In this document: positions 1 through 9,601 of the stretch, in pieces
Position numbering within the stretch: position 1 is the first letter of the stretch
How the letters are laid out: every line of letters starts with the position of its first letter
IMG/VR virus record: IMGVR_UViG_3300023108_000018
Length of the DNA stretch: 20,000 nt
Strand: one strand, 5' to 3'
DNA from: an uncultured virus (IMG/VR IMGVR_UViG_3300023108_000018)
Lineage: Duplodnaviria > Heunggongvirae > Uroviricota > Caudoviricetes
Notes under the pieces: generated by a model
The model's input: only the letters and a program-made list of their open reading frames with translations
Databases searched by the model: none
Told to the model about the DNA's origin: nothing
Program-made: the position numbers and the translations under genes

Positions 1-1747
1 TTGCGACAACATCGTCACCGTCAGGGATAATAGTGAAGTCAATCGAGCTATCAACGTTCTTCGTGGAAGTAAACGTGATGGCGTTGATTGTAATAATTCC
101 TTTAGTATAATCGATAGTACCTGCTTCTTTGTCTGCAAAGATTCTATTAGAACCTTGTAAGTAATATCTTCTTAATACTCCGTTTCCGTCATCGTCAAAA
201 TATTGATCATTGACGGAATCTCCTTGTACTTTAAAACTTGTAGTAACTAATATACCACCTGAGGATGCATTATGTCCTGAGTGTGGATGATAAAATGCGT
301 TTCCAAACTTAACATCGTATCCTTGTTTTTTATTAGCTTCTACAACTCTTGCTTTACGTAATCTGATATTTGTAGTGTTTGATAATATAGCACTGTTTGC
401 ATCATCAACAGCCCTTGTTAGTTTTGAATGTCTAAACACTGCATCAAAGTTGTTTAGGTTTACATTATCATAGTTTGTAATTGCGTTTAACACTACGGTC
501 TCTAATTCACCACTTGTAAGATCAGTTTGTTTCTCATCATACTTGAATGTGGTAGAGATTAAAATTTTAGTTATGTCAGGAGATATAATAATAGGTCTTA
601 CCGTTAATATGTTCAGTGCCTTTAATTTGTTCTCCACTTGTCTCTTTTCTGTGTCTGATAAGTAGTCTGCGTTTTTAGGTTTGATTGCAAGAAACACTTT
701 ACCATATTCAGGTGGGTCATTATCTTCACCACCCCACACTGCGATTGCATCTGCATTCGGATAGTATTCAGACACTTTACCTTTATAGTCATTAAGTGTC
801 ACAAGTCTGTTTTGTGATGTGTAAAATTTGTTTGCCTTAAATTTAATTGAGTCAATAGATTCTTTCTCTGCACCACCTGTTGATGCAACTTTAGTTGATA
901 TGACTGCATCAACAAATCCGTTAATACTTTCTCTTAAATTAAATATGTTTGCACCATCAGCGTGTAATGCATCAACTATAATATAAGTTGCAGTGATAAT
1001 GTCACCGTCCTTTAGTTGTTTACCTAATACCCCATCACCAAAATAAATTTCCGTATATCCTTCGTCGTTTTCTTGTGCATAATAAACTCTAGATTCAGTT
1101 GATACGTTTGATATATCAGTTGATAATGTGTATGTTTCTAATTGACCATCTGAGTCAACTGTAACTTTAAGGTGTGATTTATCTATTCTCAAATTTGAGA
1201 GTACATACTTACCATTCTTGATCTGAGAGTCATACACGTATTTGTCTGTCATGTACGAACCTTGAACAAGTTGTACGTCTGCATATTGATATGTATTACC
1301 ATTTGCAACAGGTCTTACTGGATTTGAAACAACATACTCATAGTTTTTACCATCGTATGCAGTTGAAAATCTAGTTCCTCTAGGGATTGTCATTTCAGTA
1401 GTTGTAGGATATGTCTGATCAGCATTACGAACATTTCTTAGATTCATATCTACAATTGCAGAAGATGCCTTTTCTGATGCAGGAGTGAATCCTAAATCTT
1501 TTGCACGTGCAACAACGTTCTTTCTTAGTTGTGCAGAATCTAAAAACAATTCAGAAGCTGCAAGGTTAGTGTTAATTGCACCAATATGTGCAGTGTATGC
1601 CATTAGATCAATGAGAATCGACATTGTTGAACCATCGAAGTCATAATCTTTAAATTTTTGTTGTCCCTTTAGATATGATTTAAGATTCTTTGCGATATCT
1701 TCAAAATCTAAATCTGAAACTGATATTTTTGAACTGTCTACTGCCAT
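1..1747 (-). CDS. gp6: Baseplate wedge subunit gp6 (partial; C-terminus runs off the left edge of the window)
   Basis: Not in the ORF track; translated manually from the ATG at 1747-1745, which overlaps the gp25 stop (TAATG). MAVDSSKISVSDLDFEDIAKNLKSYLKGQQKFKDYDFDGSTMSILIDLMAYTAH...ELFLDSAQLRKNVVARAKDLGFTP...EIYFGDGVLGK...GGAEKESIDSIKFKANKFYTSQNRLVTLNDY...AVWGGEDNDPPEYGKVFLAIKP are hallmark gp6 motifs. Confidence 0.95.
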   Translation of the reverse strand, partial: MAVDSSKISVSDLDFEDIAKNLKSYLKGQQKFKDYDFDGSTMSILIDLMAYTAHIGAINTNLAASELFLDSAQLRKNVVARAKDLGFTPASEKASSAIVDMNLRNVRNADQTYPTTTEMTIPRGTRFSTAYDGKNYEYVVSNPVRPVANGNTYQYADVQLVQGSYMTDKYVYDSQIKNGKYVLSNLRIDKSHLKVTVDSDGQLETYTLSTDISNVSTESRVYYAQENDEGYTEIYFGDGVLGKQLKDGDIITATYIIVDALHADGANIFNLRESINGFVDAVISTKVASTGGAEKESIDSIKFKANKFYTSQNRLVTLNDYKGKVSEYYPNADAIAVWGGEDNDPPEYGKVFLAIKPKNADYLSDTEKRQVENKLKALNILTVRPIIISPDITKILISTTFKYDEKQTDLTSGELETVVLNAITNYDNVNLNNFDAVFRHSKLTRAVDDANSAILSNTTNIRLRKARVVEANKKQGYDVKFGNAFYHPHSGHNASSGGILVTTSFKVQGDSVNDQYFDDDGNGVLRRYYLQGSNRIFADKEAGTIDYTKGIITINAITFTSTKNVDSSIDFTIIPDGDDVVA

Positions 1748-2169
1748 TATCGTACCCTACTTACTGAGAATTCTACTTGATTATTTCGTTTACCATTGAT
1801 GATAGAATAGGTTACTGTAACATCTAATCTATTACTGTTTGTTACAGGTGCAAATCTTACACCAACATTAGTAACACGTGGTTCAATGATTTCTATTTGT
1901 TCTTTCAGTTGTCTTTTAAGACGATTAATCTGTACAGAAGTGTCTAACTCAAACAATGCACTCTGTAGATTTCCACCAAAATTTGGTTTAAAAGGTCTTT
2001 CATATTTATTGGTTAATAGAATATTTCTAACTGCACGTCTTACTGCATCTGTGTCATACTTCAATGCAAGATCACCTGTAATAGGATGTGCCTTAAATTG
2101 CAAATCTAAATCTGCTGATGCAGGGTCAATCGCAACTGTCTTACCATTGGGTTTTACGTAATCTACCAT
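1747..2169 (-). CDS. gp25: Baseplate wedge subunit gp25
   Basis: DLDLQFKAHPITGDL...DAVRRAVRNILLTNKYERPFKPNFGGNL...LFE...IEPRV matches the GPW/gp25 family; sits immediately upstream of gp6. Confidence 0.93.
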   Translation of the reverse strand: MVDYVKPNGKTVAIDPASADLDLQFKAHPITGDLALKYDTDAVRRAVRNILLTNKYERPFKPNFGGNLQSALFELDTSVQINRLKRQLKEQIEIIEPRVTNVGVRFAPVTNSNRLDVTVTYSIINGKRNNQVEFSVSRVR

Positions 2170-2174
2170 AATTC

Positions 2175-2182
2175 TATTTATG
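2175..2182 (-). promoter_or_regulatory. T4-type late promoter variant (CATAAATA) upstream of gp25
   Basis: Minus strand reads CATAAATA-GAATT-ATG; one mismatch to TATAAATA, in a short intergenic gap. Confidence 0.6.
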
Positions 2183-2195
2183 TCACCTTACCTAA

Positions 2196-4166
2196 TTAAA
2201 CTGCAAGTTGGATTGAAACTAATCCACTATTTGGTGCATCTGTAAACTGTATGATCTGATTTTCGACATCGATTGTGTATAGACTAGGGTCAATTAATTT
2301 ATTACGAATAAAAACATCGACATTATTTGCAGTCATCGTTCCACCACCCTGCACATTGAAGTCTGTTTGACCGTCATCTGCAAATTCTCTGTCCTCTCCA
2401 AACACTGAAATAAACTTTCCTGCTTCAGGTGGAGTACTAAACACTATGTTACCACTACTTTCAGTGAAACCACCACTTTGTCTTACACCATCTATAAACA
2501 CGTATGTATTACTACCACTTCCTGCGATTGGGAATGTATCTCTTACACCATCTGTTTCAAATGCGTTTTCTGTTGGTTCAGTATCATCATTATTAGTAGG
2601 TCTAGGTATTTTAGGTTTTTTCAGACTTGAATTTACTACTCCATCTATACTTGAAAGGGAAAGACCAATCGTTAGAGGTAAGAAACCAATTAACTCTAAG
2701 AAATCACAGAAAGTTAAGAAGAGTACATCAAATATTTTACCTAATCCAATCTTATCTAAAAACTTCTTAATCTTTTTAACCCATAAGAAAAGAACTCTCT
2801 TGTACCAGTTTACTTTAAATTTTTCTAATGCAATCATCATATCTGCAATTTCTTCTTCAAGTGATTGTGCAGTTGATTCTATTTCTGCACCTATGATTTC
2901 TCTTACAGTAAAACCAAAAATAGATAAACCTAAAATTTTATCTCGTATCATTTGTTGGAACTTTCTTTGTTCGTCCATTATTTGATCTTCTAATTCTTTA
3001 CGTCCTTCTAAAAGAATCTCTCTCGCAGCCACATCACTTTTATAGGGTTCTTCTTCTAGTAACTTATCAATTTCATCGATTTGTAATTGAATACCCAGTC
3101 TAGTTTTCTTAAACTCCTCTTTAATAATCTCTGTGACTCCATGAACCATTTCAGGAATATCCATTGATAATATGTCTGCAAGTTCACTGAAAGGTAAATC
3201 AGGTAATCCTAATAAATCCCATATTTCATCAAACAGGTCTATAAGTTTTTCAAATGCTTTAACGTGCCAGTTATTCAACCAATCTTCAATTTCAGTTTGT
3301 ATACACTGGAATGCTAACTGCGCTTTCGCTTCTACATCTAAAACACCATACTCTCCGTCAAATTGTCTACATGTGGAAGGTAAGAATGAGAATAGTTTAT
3401 CAACCAATTGTGTTCTTAAATTTTCCTTGGTTAAAATATCACTTTCGATTCTTTCAATCTCTGCCTTTATTGCCTCTTCTTCTGCCTCTGTATATGCAAT
3501 AGGGTCGTCTTTTAATTTACGTAGTTCTTCATGTTGATTTTCGATTTCACCTCTTAATCCCTGAATCTCTTTAACGATTTCACTTCCCATTATCTGTGCT
3601 TCAATTTCTTTTTTATAGTTTGGTGAAGTGATAATTGCAATAATGTCTATAGATATTCCATAAACATTAATTGTAAAATTGATAGGGACAAATTTACTGA
3701 TGAACTCTGCAATTTTTGCTGGAACGTATACGTGGAATTCTGCGAGGAATTTAGTTACTGCCTGATTCGCTTCTTGTTGCCAGTTTCTTTTTTGTCCGTC
3801 TTTTTGCCAGTAAGGTGAAAGAAGTTCCTCAATTTTCTCTTTAACCTTTTCAACTTCTTCTACCATCTCTTCAATCTCTTCTTCCAATGCAGTGAGGACA
3901 GGATAGATTGATGATTCTAATGCATTAATCTCTTCAATTATAGCATCCTTTTCTTCCTTTGTCAAATTTGGGTCATTTAATCTGTCCCAAAGTTCTTTTA
4001 TTTCTTTTTCCTTTTCTGCCTTTTCTTCTAAGAATGCGGCTCTCAACTTCATTGGTAAAGAACCAATTGAATTCAATGCATTAACTATTTCTGCTTTAGA
4101 TGGAAGGTCAAAGATGTCCCCTTCAGGACATACTATTGCTGTAGGAATCTCAATATTAATGGACAT
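2196..4166 (-). CDS. Hypothetical 656-aa virion-associated protein (helical/coiled-coil body, hydrophobic segment, two C-terminal beta-rich repeats)
   Basis: Long ORF between gp5 and gp25 with acidic coiled coils. C-terminal ~120 aa holds two copies of a DG..xF..........V.V...G......(Y/F)T......I.F...P..G..(V/I)S motif seen in phage structural and fibre proteins. Confidence 0.75.
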   Translation of the reverse strand: MSINIEIPTAIVCPEGDIFDLPSKAEIVNALNSIGSLPMKLRAAFLEEKAEKEKEIKELWDRLNDPNLTKEEKDAIIEEINALESSIYPVLTALEEEIEEMVEEVEKVKEKIEELLSPYWQKDGQKRNWQQEANQAVTKFLAEFHVYVPAKIAEFISKFVPINFTINVYGISIDIIAIITSPNYKKEIEAQIMGSEIVKEIQGLRGEIENQHEELRKLKDDPIAYTEAEEEAIKAEIERIESDILTKENLRTQLVDKLFSFLPSTCRQFDGEYGVLDVEAKAQLAFQCIQTEIEDWLNNWHVKAFEKLIDLFDEIWDLLGLPDLPFSELADILSMDIPEMVHGVTEIIKEEFKKTRLGIQLQIDEIDKLLEEEPYKSDVAAREILLEGRKELEDQIMDEQRKFQQMIRDKILGLSIFGFTVREIIGAEIESTAQSLEEEIADMMIALEKFKVNWYKRVLFLWVKKIKKFLDKIGLGKIFDVLFLTFCDFLELIGFLPLTIGLSLSSIDGVVNSSLKKPKIPRPTNNDDTEPTENAFETDGVRDTFPIAGSGSNTYVFIDGVRQSGGFTESSGNIVFSTPPEAGKFISVFGEDREFADDGQTDFNVQGGGTMTANNVDVFIRNKLIDPSLYTIDVENQIIQFTDAPNSGLVSIQLAV

Positions 4167-4171
4167 ATCAT

Positions 4172-5230
4172 TTAAAATACAACTTTCTTACCAGCAAGTA
4201 CTAGATCACCTGCGGCCTGAATTCTCATGTTTTTACCTGACTTAATTGTCAGATCATCTGAAACATCAAGTAACCCTTTACCGTATGCAGTTATTTCTGC
4301 ATTACCATTTGCATGAATGTTTGCGTTACCTAATACTCTTATATTCACTTTACCACCAACATACATTTCGTGGTCTTTACATACAACATGATAGTGGTCA
4401 TTTACAATGTGATGTACTTCAGAACCATCAGGATGAATTTCTGTAAATGTTCCTGATCTATGTTCTATTGCAAGACGTTCCTTTTCGAAAGTGTCATCAA
4501 TTTCTAAGACGTGTCCTGACTCTGAATGCCATACATGGTTATATGGGTACTTGGGGTCTGCAGGTGAATTAGGGTAGTGTTCCATACCTTTAATTTCATT
4601 TATGTTTCGAACACTATAATCTCCTTCTCCTCTTGCAAACTTTGAAATATCTGATTCATCAAAATACAATGGATAGAATGGTAAATCTTTTTCTGCATCA
4701 ATTTCATAATGGTCAACAGTTGACCCTGTTCCATCATAGTTAACAGTTCTTCCTTCTTCTGATGGTTGTTTAGGTGCAGTGTCTAATGCTTGTTCTAGTC
4801 CCCAAGTTCTAACTGAATTTTGTGCAGGGTTTGCCCCATCTGCAGTTCCTTCGTAATCTGCAGGGGTCATTCTTCTAGGGTCATTAAATCCTTTATCTAC
4901 TAATCTAGATAATATGGTTCCTTCGACTGTTTCTCTGTAACCATCAACTGTAACTCCAGTCGCAACCCCTATAATAATTGGGTCTTGTTTTGTGGAGTCT
5001 CTCCAAAATCCAAATACCGTAGACCCCTCAACAAGTCCGTGAGAGTTCATACCGATACCTGAGAGACCACTTGACGTTGGTGGAAGAATTACCTGTGCCC
5101 ATGGTAAATCAGGTGTTGCAATCGCAAGTTTATCATCTGTATGAACACCATGAACACGTACACGTACTCTTCCTATCATGAGAGGGTCATGTCTGTCTTC
5201 AACTATTCCGTAAAAATATTCTGCGTTCAT
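4172..5230 (-). CDS. gp5: Baseplate hub/central spike gp5 (OB-fold plus short beta-helix, no lysozyme domain)
   Basis: FYGIVEDRHDPLMIGRVRVRVHGVHT...LPWAQV...GSTVFGFWRD...QDPIIIG (gp5 OB-fold); YPYNHVWHSESGHVLEIDDT...ERL..HRSGTFTEIHPDG; followed by 8-residue beta-helix repeats. Confidence 0.93.
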   Translation of the reverse strand: MNAEYFYGIVEDRHDPLMIGRVRVRVHGVHTDDKLAIATPDLPWAQVILPPTSSGLSGIGMNSHGLVEGSTVFGFWRDSTKQDPIIIGVATGVTVDGYRETVEGTILSRLVDKGFNDPRRMTPADYEGTADGANPAQNSVRTWGLEQALDTAPKQPSEEGRTVNYDGTGSTVDHYEIDAEKDLPFYPLYFDESDISKFARGEGDYSVRNINEIKGMEHYPNSPADPKYPYNHVWHSESGHVLEIDDTFEKERLAIEHRSGTFTEIHPDGSEVHHIVNDHYHVVCKDHEMYVGGKVNIRVLGNANIHANGNAEITAYGKGLLDVSDDLTIKSGKNMRIQAAGDLVLAGKKVVF

Positions 5231-6708
5231 TATGTATCCTGTACTGTATTTTGGATTCTTTCAGGGCCAGATGCGTTCTGTAATGGTCTGTAATCTTCTA
5301 TTTTACCTGAGAAACTTTCTTTAACCGCTTCTATATGAAGAAACCCTGTGTTTTTAGTTGGGTCTGCATCCATACACATATCTGTTACAAGATAACGATT
5401 ATCATTTACATTACTTTCAATCGAACTGTCAGGTCTCTTTAATTCAGGTTCAGGTATAATTAATTTAACTATAGACCCAACTGTGAAATCTGTTCTGAGA
5501 GGAACCGTAAATTTTATTCTGTTCTGTTGGAGTGTTTCTAATAATGCCTTTCTTTCCAGTGGCCCTGTGTTATCTGATTTAAGTCCTATTAATGGTTCGT
5601 TTGAAGTTACGTCTGTTGCATCACCAAAAGAATGTGTAGTAGTGTAAGTGTATTCAACAACACTATCGAATGCTTTATTCGGAGCTGCATCTGCATCTAA
5701 CTCATCGTAATCTGCAGGTAACATACTGTCTGTTTGGTTTCTTGCCTTCAATATAACTTCAGGTTCATCTAAACGTACCATTGGAAAGTTTCCACTTACG
5801 TGTGTACCCTTATCCATAACTTCTTTCATATCGTAATGATATGTTCTATCCATTTTTCTAAGAGGGTCGTATACATGCATAGTTGCAGAATAAGAACCTG
5901 CAACTGTTCCTCTTAAAGTGTCAAATAGTTGAGGTCTAGAATATGAAAGTATTGTAGAATTCAATCCCACACCTGGCACGTTTACAGGTGCATTGAGTGA
6001 ATCTATTTGAGAAGTCTTAGGTCTATATTCAAATTGTTGTCCGTGTTCTCTCCCACACATTTCATCCATGGACATAAACCTAAAACCACCGTTTAGTGTT
6101 TGGAATAAAAAGAATCCTTGTTTCCAACTACCACTATTATCTTTCTCTGCGTTCTGAATAGTGTAGTCTAAAAATTTATTAACTGACCAATTAGGACAAA
6201 TGAATTGAACGTTACTTGGGTCTGATTCTTCCCAAAAATCAATTTCAGTTCCTTTCATGTTACCGTAATCTTGCATTACACCCAAACAAATCTCTGACCA
6301 TGAACCTGTCCACGTCCCACTTATTCTTTGTTTCTGTAAATAGAATAGACGAGGTTCACATAATTGTAAGACGTATGATTGTGTCTTGTCATCAACTCTC
6401 AGATTGTTTTGTACTTTATAAACTCTAAAAACTTTATCAATAGAATTTGAAAGTTCAGATTCTGACCCATCATTTTCTTTACCACGTAATGCAATACGAA
6501 CATACTCTTGTCCGACTAGTTTGAAATTCTTTAAAATGTTGAGGGAGTCAACTATTGAAATGTCTGCACTAACAAACTTAGAGTAGATACTTTCATACAT
6601 GCGAAAGTTAACAACAATATCTTCAATTGCAAGTGTGTCACCATCTGCATTAACTAATGTCATTGACTCTAGTGCAAACTCACCAGGCCTGTAATTTCTT
6701 TGTTCCAT
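5230..6708 (-). CDS. Putative baseplate hub protein (gp27/Mu gp44-like)
   Basis: Lies between gp53 and gp5. Motifs MYESIYS...ADISIVDS, FICPNW, FFLFQTLNGGFRFMSM and GSIVKL...NRYLVT are typical of hub-like proteins at this position in marine T4-like phages. Assignment is by synteny and inference. Confidence 0.6.
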   Translation of the reverse strand: MEQRNYRPGEFALESMTLVNADGDTLAIEDIVVNFRMYESIYSKFVSADISIVDSLNILKNFKLVGQEYVRIALRGKENDGSESELSNSIDKVFRVYKVQNNLRVDDKTQSYVLQLCEPRLFYLQKQRISGTWTGSWSEICLGVMQDYGNMKGTEIDFWEESDPSNVQFICPNWSVNKFLDYTIQNAEKDNSGSWKQGFFLFQTLNGGFRFMSMDEMCGREHGQQFEYRPKTSQIDSLNAPVNVPGVGLNSTILSYSRPQLFDTLRGTVAGSYSATMHVYDPLRKMDRTYHYDMKEVMDKGTHVSGNFPMVRLDEPEVILKARNQTDSMLPADYDELDADAAPNKAFDSVVEYTYTTTHSFGDATDVTSNEPLIGLKSDNTGPLERKALLETLQQNRIKFTVPLRTDFTVGSIVKLIIPEPELKRPDSSIESNVNDNRYLVTDMCMDADPTKNTGFLHIEAVKESFSGKIEDYRPLQNASGPERIQNTVQDT

Positions 6709-7418
6709 TAACTACTCATTACACGTTCAAATTCACGAACAACTCTAGACATTATCTGAGGTTTAATGAATTTAATCAAACGTTTTTGTTCATTCTCTTC
6801 GTCTTCCATCTGCCAGTTACTTACTTCTGTATAACCTGTTGCAGAAAAATTTTGTCTTTTACCTTCTGAATCTTGGTAGTATGCGACACCATCTATCATG
6901 TCAATAACAGAATTTATTTCAAGGGTCTTTCCACTTACTTCACCAGTTAGTGTTTCTCCAACTATCCAATTACCTTTTGTTACTGCAATCCTCTTATATG
7001 TAGGTTCCACTTGTAAGACTCTTCCGTTACCACTATGTGACCTAACCTTTTCTCCTATTAAAAACTTCCTGTCTTGTTGAATGATATCTGAAACATTTTG
7101 CACTACGATATAATTGCCTGGATATTTTTCCTCCATATAAGTTTCCATGGTGCGTTGATCTTTATACCAATCAAGATAATTTTCCATGTCATTGACTAAG
7201 AAGAATGTCCAATGTAATTTACTAGAACCGTATAATCTATGTGCAACAATATCAGGTCTCTCACCTTCTTTTATCTCGTAAAACTCATAATCAATTAATG
7301 AGTTAACTGCATCCTGTTCAATCTTTGCCTTTCTGAAAAAGTCACGTACAGTTACCCACTTACCATTTTGGAGTTTGTAATTTATCTTTGGAAAATTTTT
7401 AAAATATTTTTGTGCCAT
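6708..7418 (-). CDS. gp53: Baseplate wedge subunit gp53 (LysM-like)
   Basis: KYFKNFPKINY...YEIKEGERPDIVAHRLYGSSKLHWTFFLVND...DW and C-terminal EDEENEQKRLIKFIKP are gp53 hallmarks. Confidence 0.92.
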   Translation of the reverse strand: MAQKYFKNFPKINYKLQNGKWVTVRDFFRKAKIEQDAVNSLIDYEFYEIKEGERPDIVAHRLYGSSKLHWTFFLVNDMENYLDWYKDQRTMETYMEEKYPGNYIVVQNVSDIIQQDRKFLIGEKVRSHSGNGRVLQVEPTYKRIAVTKGNWIVGETLTGEVSGKTLEINSVIDMIDGVAYYQDSEGKRQNFSATGYTEVSNWQMEDEENEQKRLIKFIKPQIMSRVVREFERVMSS

Positions 7419-8494
7419 TATCCACCTCTCATATTATCTTCTAATGCACTTGCGCTTTGTTCTCCACCAGCACCAAGTGCAGTTGCAGTCGGACTGATTG
7501 CAAGATAATTATTTTGTGATAGAATTTTGATTTCTAAAAACTCTAGTGTCATTGTTGTTTTCATAGGTTGTCCATCTGCATGAACAGAGAATTTTTGTCC
7601 ACCTGTATGATCAACATCACACTTGGTACACACCATAGGTAAGAACCCATCTAATTTGGATGCAATAGGCCCTACGTAAGTTACATCGAATATGTTTGGA
7701 TAGTTAAAGAAGTTTTCTGTTTCTGAACCACCTACTGATGCGAATGTATCAGGTAACATTGATGACCTAAACCCAAAAATTATATTATTGACCATGGTTG
7801 CTTCTTCTTGACTTCTTGGATAGAAGTCATAACTAAAGTTCCATGATCTAAATGCAACCCCATCCAACATTTGTTCTTGCATAGGATTGATTGCACGACC
7901 TGCCATGAAGTTTGAAACGTCACCTGTTAATTTGTTCCAAGTGTTTTGTCCTGCAGCTTTGATTGCGTTAAGTGCTTCTTCTCCTGCAGTCTTTAAGAAA
8001 TCACCCTCAACATCGTTAGATGCAGCATTTATTGATCTCATCAAACCTTGTTTTGCAGGGCCAAAGTCTTTAGCCGCATAAGTTACGTTTGCTTGAGAGA
8101 TAACTGAGTCAGGTACGTATAGGTGTGCAGAGAATCCATCGAATGGTGTTGATTGACCTGACATTAGATTTCCTGGCTGGTGTTTACGTGGTCTTGTTTC
8201 AAAATGAATATAATTGTTAAACAATTCATGTTGAGGATAAACTGTGTCTAGGTATCTTACATTAGTACTACTTTCATACCATGAACCCACTTCGACTGCT
8301 GAACTGACCTGTGCTTCAAGTGCATCTCTTCTTTCTTTAAGTTTCTCTCTCGCTTCAGTTGCTTGCTCACCTAATTCATCAATGAGGTTATCATAGTTTA
8401 ATCTTTCGATTTTACTTTGAATACCTTTAATTGAATTAATGGTTTTGTTTGCTTTACCTACTAAGTCGAGTAACTTATCTACGAAATTTGACAT
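7418..8494 (-). CDS. gp48: Baseplate tail-tube cap gp48
   Basis: LYVP...Y; GRAINPMQEQMLDGVAFRSWNFSYDFYPRSQEEA...I...FR; YPNIFDVTY; CTKCDVDHT...DGQPMKTTMTLEFLEIKIL. Confidence 0.9.
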   Translation of the reverse strand: MSNFVDKLLDLVGKANKTINSIKGIQSKIERLNYDNLIDELGEQATEAREKLKERRDALEAQVSSAVEVGSWYESSTNVRYLDTVYPQHELFNNYIHFETRPRKHQPGNLMSGQSTPFDGFSAHLYVPDSVISQANVTYAAKDFGPAKQGLMRSINAASNDVEGDFLKTAGEEALNAIKAAGQNTWNKLTGDVSNFMAGRAINPMQEQMLDGVAFRSWNFSYDFYPRSQEEATMVNNIIFGFRSSMLPDTFASVGGSETENFFNYPNIFDVTYVGPIASKLDGFLPMVCTKCDVDHTGGQKFSVHADGQPMKTTMTLEFLEIKILSQNNYLAISPTATALGAGGEQSASALEDNMRGG

Positions 8495-8504
8495 TTAAAT
8501 ACCT

Positions 8505-8512
8505 TATAAATA
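8505..8512 (+). promoter_or_regulatory. T4 late (gp55-type) promoter TATAAATA upstream of gp4
   Basis: Exact TATAAATA in the 43-nt divergent gap, 25 nt before the gp4 ATG. Confidence 0.8.
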
Positions 8513-8532
8513 AACTAAAAGAGTTTTACAGT

Positions 8533-8540
8533 TATTTATG
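8533..8540 (-). promoter_or_regulatory. Late promoter variant CATAAATA driving the gp48 baseplate operon
   Basis: Reverse complement of TATTTATG, overlapping the gp4 start codon and facing gp48. Confidence 0.6.
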
Positions 8541-8984
8541 TCATACAGTGGAAAGTTCAAACCGAAGAACTATAAAAAATACAAAGGTGACCCTACTAAA
8601 ATCTTCTATCGTTCTCTATGGGAACGTAAATTTATGGTGTATTGCGATAATAACGATGCAATTATAGAATGGGGTAGTGAAGAAATTGTAATTCCATACA
8701 AATCACCTATCGATAAGAAACCACATAGATACTTCCCTGACTTCTATATAAAATACGTGAATAGTAAGGGTCAGTCTGTTCGTGAAATTATAGAAGTTAA
8801 ACCAAAGGCACAGACACTACCACCCAAAGAACAGAAACGTAAGACACAGAAATTTTTACGTGAGATAGCAACCTACGCAACCAATCAGGCAAAATGGAAA
8901 GCCGCAGAAGAGTATTGTGCAGATCGAAGAATGCACTTTCGTATATTAACAGAAGATCATCTTCTACCCAAGAAAAAGAAATGA
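8538..8984 (+). CDS. gp4: Head completion protein gp4 (TnsA-like endonuclease fold)
   Basis: YSGKFKPKNYKKYKGDPTKIFYRSLWERKFMVYCD...WGSEEIVIPYKSPIDKKPHRYFPDFYIK...IEVKP...NQAKWKAAEEYC...FRILTEDHL. Confidence 0.96.
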   Translation: MSYSGKFKPKNYKKYKGDPTKIFYRSLWERKFMVYCDNNDAIIEWGSEEIVIPYKSPIDKKPHRYFPDFYIKYVNSKGQSVREIIEVKPKAQTLPPKEQKRKTQKFLREIATYATNQAKWKAAEEYCADRRMHFRILTEDHLLPKKKK

Positions 8985-9601
8985 AAGCAGTTGTATTTGA
9001 TTTAGATGGAGTGTTAATAGATTCTCTTCCTAATATGAAAATGGCATGGGGGATAGTGCAACTCCATCATAAGATTGACATACCATTTTCTGAATATGAG
9101 AAACAGATTGGTAAACCCTTCTTTGATATTCTAACTGCAATCGGTATCACTGAAAATCATAGAGAAATAAAGAACACTTATAATGAGGCATCTCACATGA
9201 CACTAGATGAGATAAAGATTTATCCTCATGCGATATCAACATTAAAAGAATTGAGAGATAGGAACTACAAGATTGCGATATGTACATCTAAAGACTATGA
9301 CAGAGTGTTACATGTATTTGCATCTTTAATATTAGATGGTGAGAAATTTCCTAGATTTGATTTCATCTGCGCTCCTAAAGAGGAAATTAGAGGTAAACCA
9401 GCTCCTGATCAATTACTATATACCTTAGCACACTTAAACGTTGACCCTAAAGATGCATACTTCGTTGGAGATATGCAATCTGATAAAGAGTGTGCAGAAC
9501 GTGCTAATGTAAAATTTATACATGCAAAATATGGATTCGGTGATTTAAAATGCGAACACTATCTAGACCAACTGTCGGACTTAACCAAGTTATTGGATTA
9601 A
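8981..9601 (+). CDS. HAD-superfamily (subfamily IA, phosphoglycolate-phosphatase-like) hydrolase
   Basis: The likely start is the ATG at 8981 (ATGA overlap with the gp4 stop), not 8894. Motif I VVFDLDGVLIDS, motif II ICTSK, motif III GKPAPD, motif IV FVGDMQSD..CA. Confidence 0.9.
   Translation: MKAVVFDLDGVLIDSLPNMKMAWGIVQLHHKIDIPFSEYEKQIGKPFFDILTAIGITENHREIKNTYNEASHMTLDEIKIYPHAISTLKELRDRNYKIAICTSKDYDRVLHVFASLILDGEKFPRFDFICAPKEEIRGKPAPDQLLYTLAHLNVDPKDAYFVGDMQSDKECAERANVKFIHAKYGFGDLKCEHYLDQLSDLTKLLD

Noticed and set aside
1886..8667. Plus-strand ORFs at 1886, 2446, 3172, 3311, 4246, 6216, 6657, 6898, 7887 and 8449
   Set aside because: Antisense or out-of-frame shadows of well-supported genes, with no recognisable motifs.
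8894..8980. N-terminal extension of the HAD ORF in the ORF track
   Set aside because: It overlaps gp4 by about 90 nt; the HAD motif begins right after the ATG at 8981, which forms a standard ATGA overlap.
8981..9601. Calling the HAD gene kdsC
   Set aside because: It has a cap domain and PGP-like motifs rather than the capless KdsC pattern (DVDGVLTDG); only its neighbourhood suggests the role.
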